Shown: positions 49,856 through 57,222, counted from the stretch's first letter. The stretch is DNA of 64,000 nt from Bacteroidota bacterium (GCA_027621365.1 JAQCBH010000007.1:22447-86446); one strand, 5' to 3'. Program-made: numbers and translations. The notes: generated by a model not told the origin, from the letters alone.

Positions 49856-51097
49856 ATGCAGTATTCTTCTATAGCCGAACGCTTCAGTGCCTATGCGCGC
49901 ATTGATACCCAGAGCGATCCCGATTCGCCTTCCCAACCCAGCACCGAAAAGCAAAAAAATCTGTCGCGTGTGTTGGTGAAAGAACTGTTGGATTTGGGAT
50001 TGAGTGACGCCGAATTGGACGAGCACGGGTATGTCTATGCTACCCTGCCTTCCAACGTGGATCACGACGTTCCCGTCATTTGCTGGTGCGCTCACGTCGA
50101 CACCTCTCCCGATTGCACGGGGGCCGGCGTGAAGCCCTTGATTCACCCCAATTACCAGGGCCAAGACATTGCGTTGCCCGACGATCCTACTCAGGTGATT
50201 CGACCTTCTGAGCATCCTTATTTGTTGGAGCGAATCGGCGATGATTTGATCACTGCTTCTGGAACGACCTTGTTGGGGGCTGACGACAAAGCGGGTGTGG
50301 CGGCCATTATGCATGCCGTTGAACACTTGGTGAACAATCCCAGCTTGAAGCACGGCAAGATTCGCATCTTGTTCACGCCTGATGAAGAAATCGGTCGTGG
50401 GGTTGACAAAGTGAACATTGAAAAATTAGGGGCTGACTACGGATATACCTTAGATGCGGGCGAACGCGGATGCTACGAAGAGGAAACCTTTTCAGCAGAC
50501 GGAGCCAAAGTGCATTTTTACGGCATCTCGGCTCACCCCGGATACGCCAAAGACAAATTGGTCAATGCGCTGAAAGTAGCCGGTGATTTCCTGGCCCGTT
50601 TGCCCCGCACGGAGTGGTCTCCTGAGACGACCAGCAATCGTCAAGGTTTTGTTCACCCCGTAAGCATGGGTGGAGTAGCTGAACACGCTTGGGTTTCCTT
50701 CATCGTACGCGATTTCAATACCGCTGAATTGGCCGCTCACGAAGCTCGTTTGACAGCCTTGGCCGAAGCCATAATCGCTGAATGGCCCGGCGCTCGTTTT
50801 GAAGTCGAAGTCAGCGAGCAATACCGCAACATGAAGGACATGGTCTCTTTGACGCCTGCCATTTCCCGCAACGCCTTACAGGCCATAGAAGAGGCGGGTA
50901 TCAAGCCTCAATTGACCAGTGCCCGTGGTGGAACCGATGGCTCTCGTTTGAGTTTCATGGGTCTTCCTTGCCCCAATATTTTCACCGGTGAAATGGCCTT
51001 TCACGGCAAGCATGAATATGTCTTCGCCCAAGACATGGAAAAGAGTGCTGAGGTGCTTGTGAATTTGGCTCGCATCTGGACAGAAAATCCCAAATAA
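49856..51097 (+). CDS. pepT: Peptidase T (tripeptide aminopeptidase)
   Basis: AHVDTSPD, LLGADDKAG, FTPDEEIGRG, RGGTDGSRLSFMGLPCPN and FHGKHE. Confidence 0.96.
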   Translation: MQYSSIAERFSAYARIDTQSDPDSPSQPSTEKQKNLSRVLVKELLDLGLSDAELDEHGYVYATLPSNVDHDVPVICWCAHVDTSPDCTGAGVKPLIHPNYQGQDIALPDDPTQVIRPSEHPYLLERIGDDLITASGTTLLGADDKAGVAAIMHAVEHLVNNPSLKHGKIRILFTPDEEIGRGVDKVNIEKLGADYGYTLDAGERGCYEEETFSADGAKVHFYGISAHPGYAKDKLVNALKVAGDFLARLPRTEWSPETTSNRQGFVHPVSMGGVAEHAWVSFIVRDFNTAELAAHEARLTALAEAIIAEWPGARFEVEVSEQYRNMKDMVSLTPAISRNALQAIEEAGIKPQLTSARGGTDGSRLSFMGLPCPNIFTGEMAFHGKHEYVFAQDMEKSAEVLVNLARIWTENPK

Positions 51098-51101
51098 CTC
51101 C

Positions 51102-51109
51102 TATATTTG
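51102..51109 (+). promoter_or_regulatory. -7 promoter element for tRNA-Pro
   Basis: TATATTTG, 10 nt upstream of the mature tRNA 5' end. Confidence 0.75.
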
Positions 51110-51119
51110 CAGCCCCGTT

Positions 51120-51193
51120 CGGGATGTAGCGCAGCCCGGTAGCGCACTTGCATGGGGTGCAAGGGGTCGCTGGTTCGAATCCAGTCATCCCGA
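51120..51193 (+). tRNA. tRNA-Pro(GGG)
   Basis: CGGGATGTAGCGCAGCCCGGTAGCGCA-CTTGC-ATGGGGT-GCAAG-GGGTC-GCTGGTTCGAATCCAGT-CATCCCGA. CCA is not encoded. Confidence 0.96.
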
Positions 51194-51197
51194 CGAT

Positions 51198-51306
51198 CGA
51201 CAAGCCCCTGGCGAAAGCCAGGGGTTTTTTTTGGGTTGGCGCGTGAATGCCTGTGGCATTCCAAAGCGCCAACCCATAAAACCGCCGCGCAGCGGCGGGC
51301 TTGTCG
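51198..51306. repeat. Four-way cruciform directly 3' of tRNA-Pro
   Basis: Outer arms CGACAAGCCC (51198-51207) / GGGCTTGTCG (51297-51306); central arms TGGGTTGGCGC (51232-51242) / GCGCCAACCCA (51266-51276); side hairpins TGGC-GAAA-GCCA and GCCGC-GCA-GCGGC. Confidence 0.85.
51202..51232 (+). terminator. Intrinsic terminator of tRNA-Pro
   Basis: AAGCCCCTGGC-GAAA-GCCAGGGG followed by T8. Confidence 0.85.
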
Positions 51307-51324
51307 TTCAGGCCACCTCCTCAA

Positions 51325-51362
51325 GGATGGCCAAGGCCTATAAGGCCGAAGGCAATCCAGTC
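51325..51362 (+). repeat. Hairpin plus T-stem copy element, variant at tRNA-Pro
   Basis: GGATGGCC-AA-GGCCT-ATA-AGGCC-GA-AGGC-AATCCAGTC. The last 9 nt duplicate AATCCAGTC from the T-arm of tRNA-Pro. Confidence 0.65.
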
Positions 51363-51408
51363 GAGATTCTCTGTTGCCCTACTTCCCAGCCCGCAGTATC
51401 TTTACACC

Positions 51409-52344
51409 ATGCAAGCCTTGAACATTCTCTTCATTGGGGGCTCCAAGCGGGTTTCTGCCGCTCGGGCATTCAAGGCGGCTGGAGCAGATTTGGGATTTGA
51501 GGTGAACATCGTGGCCTACGAAATGGGCCGCGGATTGCCCATTGAATCGGAGGCCAAAGTTTTGCAAGGATTGCGGTTTTCTGATCCAGAAATATTGGCA
51601 GATTTGCGAAAGGTCGTGGCTGATTATAAGATCGATATAGCCATGGCTTACCACGATCACGCCGTGGGTTTGTTGGCCCAATTGACTGATACCACTTTTG
51701 TTCCGACCTGTAGTTTGGAACGCTGCGAGACCTTCTTTTCCAAGAAAGCCTCCAACCAATATTTTGACAGCATTGGGATGCCTGTAGCGGGTTATCCTTT
51801 GGGAGTTCCCGCCATTGCCAAGCCCGATAAAGGATCTGCTTCCCAAGGGCTTTTGCGCTTTTATGAGCAGTCCGAATTGGAGACATTTTTGGCTGGTCCT
51901 GAGTCTTCAAACTACGAAATTCAGCGCCTGATTACCGGCCAAGAGTATTCGGTCGACGGATACATTTATAAGGACGGTTCAGGCCACTTTTTTGCTGCGC
52001 GCAAGCGTTTGGAAACCCTTGGGGGGGAGGCCGTGCGCAGTTTGACCGTCGAACACGAGGGCATCACTAAGGCTTGCGAGACATTGGCTGGGCAAGAAGG
52101 AATTGGCGGGGCTATTACCGTGCAATTCATTGAAGATGCCCAAACTGGTGAGCTCTATACCATGGAGGTCAATCCTCGTTTTGGAGGGGCTATGCTGACG
52201 ACCTGGGGCGCTGGTGTTCCCTGGTTCCACATGGTCATTTGCGATGCCAAATCATTGCCACATCCGGCCGTGAATTTTCAACCCAACACCTTGATGGTGC
52301 GCAGTTTTCAAGAGCATTTTTTTGCCAACCATGACGCGAACTAA
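51409..52344 (+). CDS. ATP-grasp domain protein (short carbamoyl-phosphate-synthase-like; polysaccharide-locus type)
   Basis: IAKPDKGSASQG, GQEYSVD, TVQFI and EVNPRFGGA. Confidence 0.85.
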   Translation: MQALNILFIGGSKRVSAARAFKAAGADLGFEVNIVAYEMGRGLPIESEAKVLQGLRFSDPEILADLRKVVADYKIDIAMAYHDHAVGLLAQLTDTTFVPTCSLERCETFFSKKASNQYFDSIGMPVAGYPLGVPAIAKPDKGSASQGLLRFYEQSELETFLAGPESSNYEIQRLITGQEYSVDGYIYKDGSGHFFAARKRLETLGGEAVRSLTVEHEGITKACETLAGQEGIGGAITVQFIEDAQTGELYTMEVNPRFGGAMLTTWGAGVPWFHMVICDAKSLPHPAVNFQPNTLMVRSFQEHFFANHDAN

Positions 52345-53359
52345 GACCTTCATTATCGCCGAAATTGGCGTGAATCACAACGCCGATTTTGATCTGGCTG
52401 TTCAAATGATAGAGGCGGCTGCTGCTTGCGGTGTCGATGCGATCAAATTCCAAACGGCTATACCTGAGTTGGTTCAGACGCGCGAGGCGCCCAAGGCTGA
52501 ATACCAAAAGGTGACCACTGGCAATGCCGATGAAAGCCAACTCGAGATGTCGCGCAAATTCCATTTTGCGCACGATGCGTTTCCTAAGTTGAAGGCTGAA
52601 GTTGAAAAGCACGGTGTGCAATTCTTATCGACGGCTTTTGATTTGAAAAGCTTGGATTACTTGACCTCGATGGGCGAGACGGTGTACAAGATTCCTTCGG
52701 GCGAGATTACCAATTTGCCCTACTTGCGAGCCATCGCTCAGCGCGCTAGTCAGGTCTACATTTCAACAGGAATGGCCACTTTTGAGGAGGTCGAAGCGGC
52801 GGTAAACGCCTTGTTAGAGGCCGGACAAAAGCGGGAGCAAATCACCGTTCTGCAATGCAACACCGAGTATCCTTCACCTTTTGAAGACGTCAATTTGAAC
52901 GCCATGGTGGAGATGGGTCGAAGTCTTGGTCTAGCCTACGGATTAAGCGATCATACCCCCGGTATTGAGGCCTCTCTAGCGGCTGTAGCCATAGGAGCGA
53001 CCTTGATAGAAAAACACTTTACCACTGATCGCAGCTTGCCTGGTCCGGATCAGCATGCTTCTTTGATTCCCGCAGAGTTTGAGGCCTTGGTGAAAGGAAT
53101 ACGCCGTGTAGAATTGGCGATGGGTTCTAATGAAAAGAAGCCGAGCCCCAGCGAGGCTAAGAACAAATTCATTGCTCGCCGTTCCGTGTTTGCGGCTGTT
53201 GATTTGCCCGCAGGTACGGTGTTGAGCATGGATAACTTGGTCGTTTTGCGCCCCGAGGGAGGCATTTCGCCCATGCGAATCGATGAATTGATAGGCCGCA
53301 CATTGAATTGCGACCTTTCCGCCCAAACGGCCATTTCTTGGGATCATTTGGAGGGCTGA
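52331..53359 (+). CDS. neuB: N-acetylneuraminate/nonulosonate synthase family protein with SAF domain
   Basis: IIAEIGVNHN, DAIKFQT, KIPSGEITN.PYL, CNTEYP, GLSDHT, IEKHFT.DR...GPDQ and ARRS. Confidence 0.92.
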   Translation: MTRTKTFIIAEIGVNHNADFDLAVQMIEAAAACGVDAIKFQTAIPELVQTREAPKAEYQKVTTGNADESQLEMSRKFHFAHDAFPKLKAEVEKHGVQFLSTAFDLKSLDYLTSMGETVYKIPSGEITNLPYLRAIAQRASQVYISTGMATFEEVEAAVNALLEAGQKREQITVLQCNTEYPSPFEDVNLNAMVEMGRSLGLAYGLSDHTPGIEASLAAVAIGATLIEKHFTTDRSLPGPDQHASLIPAEFEALVKGIRRVELAMGSNEKKPSPSEAKNKFIARRSVFAAVDLPAGTVLSMDNLVVLRPEGGISPMRIDELIGRTLNCDLSAQTAISWDHLEG

Positions 53360-53991
53360 TGAGGGCGCTGCTGTTTGATCTGGATAACACCCTTTACCCG
53401 GAGGCTAATTATTTCCGAGCCATTTTTTCGCAGTTTTCGCAAAACGAAGGGCTGGATTTTGAAAGATTTGCATTTCTATTCAATGATTTTGACCACATTC
53501 GATTTACGCAGCGGGACATTTTTCGCTACGCTTTGAACCAAGCGGGCGAGTTTTCTGAGACTCGACACCAAGCTCTGTTTGAGTTGTTTGTGGGTATCAA
53601 ATGTGAACTGAAATCATACGATGGCGTACAAGAACTAATAGACTGGGCCCTCGCTGAAAACGTGCGCATCGGTGTATTGACCAACGGTCATATTGAGGCT
53701 CAGTCCAACAAATGGAATGGCTTGGCATTATCGGGCAAAGAACACATTCACTTTGCACCAGCCCGGCTTTTGGGCGCCGATAAACCTTCATCTCTAAGCT
53801 TCGAAGAAATGATGATTCAGATGGGTTGCCGAGCCGAGGAAACGCTCTTCATTGGCGACCGCTTTACCAACGACATAGAATGGGGATTGAATCAGGGTGG
53901 GAAGGGAGCCCTGGTGAATGCTCACGAGAAAGGCGAAGGAGTGCCTTCGTTTGAGTCATTTGAGCCATTGTTGGATTGGGTGAAGCGTTAG
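53359..53991 (+). CDS. HAD-superfamily hydrolase
   Basis: FDLDNTLY motif I, LTNG motif II, KP and FIGDRFTND motifs III/IV. Confidence 0.88.
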   Translation: MRALLFDLDNTLYPEANYFRAIFSQFSQNEGLDFERFAFLFNDFDHIRFTQRDIFRYALNQAGEFSETRHQALFELFVGIKCELKSYDGVQELIDWALAENVRIGVLTNGHIEAQSNKWNGLALSGKEHIHFAPARLLGADKPSSLSFEEMMIQMGCRAEETLFIGDRFTNDIEWGLNQGGKGALVNAHEKGEGVPSFESFEPLLDWVKR

Positions 53992-54029
53992 AATCTGTAA
54001 ATGTCCAAAGCCTGTAAATGGTGCAAAGT

Positions 54030-56153
54030 CTAGGGCTTTCGGCCACTCAAATTCCATCTAATACCGATAAACAAGCGCCTTCCTTGGTTGGGCGCGTAGA
54101 TGTAGGCGGGATCAAAGGTCAATCCAAAAGGATTTTCCGGGCTCACGAGAGCCTTTCCATCCGAATCGAATTCTACTAGCCTATCGAAGGGATCATGGCT
54201 GCGAGCAATGAGAAACGGATTGCCCTTATTGGGTGTCCAATTCAATAGGTTCTTTGCACCGCCATAGAATTCAATCTGGCCATTAAAGGTCTTGGTGAAC
54301 TGCACATTTTGAATGCTCCACCAAGGTGATTGATCTTTTCGAGGATCCCATGGGCTAAGCAAGGGCAGTAGCATGGGGCTGTAGACATTACCGGTGTAGT
54401 CGATTGATATTCCCAAAGTGCGAATCGGGTAGGACAAGTTCCAAGTGGCGGTGAACCTCTCCGTGAACATTTGCCGTTGGCGTTTGCCCTTATCAGAGGA
54501 AGATACGTCCATGATTGTTGCCCCCAGAGTAAACTTGATACCAGACTTCGAAAGACATTCCGTTTGCAATGAAAGTCCTGTTGATCGAGCTGTTCCTTTG
54601 AGGTTGTCATAGATGATTTTGTTGGGATCTGTCGTTAAATCAGCGATGATTTTGTTATCGAAATGGGTATAGAAAATGGCGGCATCCACTCCAAGGAGGG
54701 TTCCATTTTGATTGTGCATTCGCTTGGTGAAATTGATAGTGCCGTTCCAAGACCTTTCCGGTTTTAATTGCGATAGAAATACAACCTTCCTCGCCCCAGT
54801 AAGGGAGGCATGGTCTTCTGTGAAAACTTGGGCAATTCTGTATCCGTTGCCAATCCCACAGCGCAACACTTGTTGGCCATTCGGAGATTTCCATTTAAAG
54901 TTGAGCCGAGGGCTGACAATGTTTCCATGAATGGAATTCCTGTCGTAGCGAAGGCCCGTTAACAAGACTTTTCCCGTGCCCAAGTTCCATTCGTGTTGAC
55001 CAAACAAACCAGGCAAATGGGTGATTTGAGCGAGGTTGAACGATTGACCTAATGAATCGAAGAGGGTTGTCACCACTGTATTGTCGTCGTAGAATGTGTA
55101 GCGATAAGTGATGCCAGCCAGAAAATGATGTTGGTTCAGGGTTTTGTTCCAAGTGCATTGAGCAAATCCCACTCGCTGTTGAGCATTGAACAACAGATTC
55201 CCGTAAGCGCTGTTCTGTTGGTGGCCATTGGCGCTGAAGCTAAGCATCACATCCTCTTGAAAAGGCAGCTGGTATTGACCAAAGAACTCCCACCGACGGG
55301 TATCGATACTTTCTCCATAAATGCTATCACTTCCTCGGAATTCAGGTGTCCACTGCTGTTGACCGCCCCAGCGTTCTTCATTCACATAGCGAGCAGCGAC
55401 AGTGAGCAAACGACCCTCTCTGCGTTCCATGCTCCATTTGTTGAACAAGGATATACGGTCTTGCAGGGTGACATCGGTAAAGCCATCTGAATTGTGGTCA
55501 ATGGGGTTTTGGTAGTAGAAACGGTTCAATCCTACCAGCGAATGCAGTCTACTGCCCATTTTGGTGGCCCATCCTACATCCAAATTGCTTTCTGCCCAAG
55601 TGTTCGAAATGATGTCTACCTGAAGGGGTACGGTATTTTCTGCTTTTTTCGTGATGATGTTGATCAGGCCCCCTACAGCCTCGCTTCCATATAGGGTAGA
55701 GGCTGGCCCTTTGATGACTTCGACACGATCAATGATGGACTGAGGCATACTGGATAGGCCATATACGGTTGATAATCCGCTAACGATGGGCATTCCATCC
55801 ACCAGAACCATGGTGTAGGGACCTTCCAGCCCATTGATATGGACATCTCCGGTATTGCAAATGCTGCAGTTAATCTGGGGTCTCACCCCGTTGATTCCCT
55901 GCAGGGCTTCAAAGACAGATGGCGTAGGATTGGCCTTGAAATATTGGGCAGTAAAAACTTCAACAGGTACAGGATTTTCAAGTTTTGACATAGCCCTAAG
56001 AGTTCCCGTTACTACGACCTCTTCAAAAATGGAAGCCTTGGAAAGGCTGTCAGATTCCTGCGCAAAAGTGCTGTTGATCAGTCCTATTCCAAGGACCGAC
56101 ATCCAGCATTTGGCTCCACTGAATTGGCAAAATAGTTGTTGGATTGGGCGCAC
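54030..56153 (-). CDS. TonB-dependent receptor with CxxC plug (probable metal uptake)
   Basis: EEVVVTGT, GVRPQINCSICNTGDVHINGLEGPYT, RVEVIKGPASTLYGSEAVGG and C-terminal GRRLFIGIRW. Start uncertain (GTG 56153 or ATG 56102). Confidence 0.88.
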   Translation of the reverse strand: MRPIQQLFCQFSGAKCWMSVLGIGLINSTFAQESDSLSKASIFEEVVVTGTLRAMSKLENPVPVEVFTAQYFKANPTPSVFEALQGINGVRPQINCSICNTGDVHINGLEGPYTMVLVDGMPIVSGLSTVYGLSSMPQSIIDRVEVIKGPASTLYGSEAVGGLINIITKKAENTVPLQVDIISNTWAESNLDVGWATKMGSRLHSLVGLNRFYYQNPIDHNSDGFTDVTLQDRISLFNKWSMERREGRLLTVAARYVNEERWGGQQQWTPEFRGSDSIYGESIDTRRWEFFGQYQLPFQEDVMLSFSANGHQQNSAYGNLLFNAQQRVGFAQCTWNKTLNQHHFLAGITYRYTFYDDNTVVTTLFDSLGQSFNLAQITHLPGLFGQHEWNLGTGKVLLTGLRYDRNSIHGNIVSPRLNFKWKSPNGQQVLRCGIGNGYRIAQVFTEDHASLTGARKVVFLSQLKPERSWNGTINFTKRMHNQNGTLLGVDAAIFYTHFDNKIIADLTTDPNKIIYDNLKGTARSTGLSLQTECLSKSGIKFTLGATIMDVSSSDKGKRQRQMFTERFTATWNLSYPIRTLGISIDYTGNVYSPMLLPLLSPWDPRKDQSPWWSIQNVQFTKTFNGQIEFYGGAKNLLNWTPNKGNPFLIARSHDPFDRLVEFDSDGKALVSPENPFGLTFDPAYIYAPNQGRRLFIGIRWNLSGRKP

Positions 56154-56161
56154 TTCACGTT

Positions 56162-56204
56162 CAAAGTTAGAATAATCAAACAAAACAATTAGAATATGCT
56201 AATT
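56162..56204 (-). promoter_or_regulatory. -7 promoter (TAACTTTG, 56162-56169) overlapped by tandem palindromic operator candidates
   Basis: GTTAGAATAATCAAAC (56166-56181) and AATTAG-AATATG-CTAATT (56187-56204) share TTAGAATA with a 22-bp offset. Confidence 0.5.
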
Positions 56205-56345
56205 ATTTTTGGTTTGAAGCCATGAAAAGTCTTGGATCTGGGTGGAAAAGGCGACTATGGTATATGGAAATGGCAAGGGGGATCCCAGGCCATTTTTTCG
56301 CATTTTTAGAAATAATGAGGTTGCTTAGAGGAACACACTCAGTAA

Positions 56346-56367
56346 ATGTCGTGCAGATGTCGTGTAG
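56346..56367 (+). promoter_or_regulatory. 11-bp tandem direct repeat upstream of the XRE gene (operator candidate)
   Basis: ATGTCGTGCAG ATGTCGTGTAG, about 30 bp upstream of TATTTTTG (56398-56405). Confidence 0.45.
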
Positions 56368-56409
56368 GAATCAGAGATGTTGAAAGTGGGCTATGGCTAT
56401 TTTTGTACC

Positions 56410-56796
56410 ATGCAAATGGGCAGTGAGATCAAAAAGGCGCGAAAGCAAAAAGGGCTTACTCAAGCTGAGTTGGCGGAGCATTCTGGGTTGACCGAACGAA
56501 CCATTCAACGCATAGAAAACCACGAGGTTGAACCTTCTGCATACTCATTAGGAAAGTTGAGTGTGATACTGGAAGTTGATTTCCAAAACATGAAGGACAG
56601 TATCCAAAAGAGGCAGAATTACGGGTTGTATGGCTTTGTAATTGTTTATTCGGCCGCCATGATTTTCCGAGTGTTTTCTTCTACAACAGATTGGCCCTTT
56701 TGGTGGGAGTTCATCATTTGGCTTTCGGTGATTATAGGTGTTCTAAGTAAGCAGATCTACATTCCCTATTACCTGAAAAATTCGAAAAAAAATTAA
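56410..56796 (+). CDS. XRE-family HTH protein with two C-terminal TM helices
   Basis: IKKARKQKGLTQAELAEHSGLTERTIQRIENHEVEP followed by two hydrophobic helices. Confidence 0.85.
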   Translation: MQMGSEIKKARKQKGLTQAELAEHSGLTERTIQRIENHEVEPSAYSLGKLSVILEVDFQNMKDSIQKRQNYGLYGFVIVYSAAMIFRVFSSTTDWPFWWEFIIWLSVIIGVLSKQIYIPYYLKNSKKN

Positions 56797-56868
56797 ACTG
56801 CGTGTTTTCTGTGGTGGTACTGCCATTGAACGTTCGCGGTAATAACTAGCTGATATTTCTTCAAGAGC

Positions 56869-57082
56869 AGACAGGATTGCCTCGGCGGCGAAGCCGCCTG
56901 ATGCTATACCCGAATGAACCTCTGTTATCGCTAAGGTGAATTACCAGGAAGATTAGACAGGATTGCCTCGGCGGCTGCGCCGCCTGATGCTGTTTTCGAA
57001 TGAAGCTGTGTTATTGGTAAGGACAACAATCTGTGAGATTAGACAGGATTGCCTCGGCGGCTAAGCCGCCTCAGCGAACCTG
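56869..57082. repeat. 2.5 tandem copies of an 86-bp hairpin-containing unit
   Basis: AGACAGGATTGCCTCGGCGGC-NNN-GCCGCCT starts at 56869, 56955 and 57041, with loops GAA, TGC and TAA. The linkers are diverged but related. Confidence 0.92.
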
Positions 57083-57101
57083 TTAGGCCGAATTCCGAGC
57101 C

Positions 57102-57213
57102 CAAAGCCACCGCGCTTTCGCGCCGTGCTTTTTTCATTCCCTTTGGCTTGCTCACACGGGGTGTGGCTCGCGTCGGGAATGAAAAAAGCCCTTGGCCATA
57201 GCCAAGGGCTTTG
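57102..57213. repeat. Four-way cruciform directly 3' of tRNA-Leu(CAG)
   Basis: Outer arms CAAAGCC (57102-57108) / GGCTTTG (57207-57213); perfect 15-bp central arms GCTTTTTTCATTCCC (57127-57141) / GGGAATGAAAAAAGC (57175-57189); two side hairpins. Confidence 0.85.
57182..57212 (-). terminator. Intrinsic terminator of tRNA-Leu(CAG)
   Basis: Minus strand AAAGCCCTTGGC-TATG-GCCAAGGGCTTTTTT. Confidence 0.85.
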
Positions 57214-57222
57214 TGTTCTTAG

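Noticed and set aside
56797-56868. Possible integron attC end (GAACGTTCGCGGTAAT) after the XRE gene
   Set aside because: It does not fit GTTRRRY, there is no complementary RYYYAAC box or long hairpin, and no integrase is present.
56869-57082. CRISPR array interpretation of the three ~31-37 bp repeats
   Set aside because: The spacers are homologous to each other, the repeat varies in its central loop, and there are no cas genes in the window. Kept as a tandem structured repeat instead.
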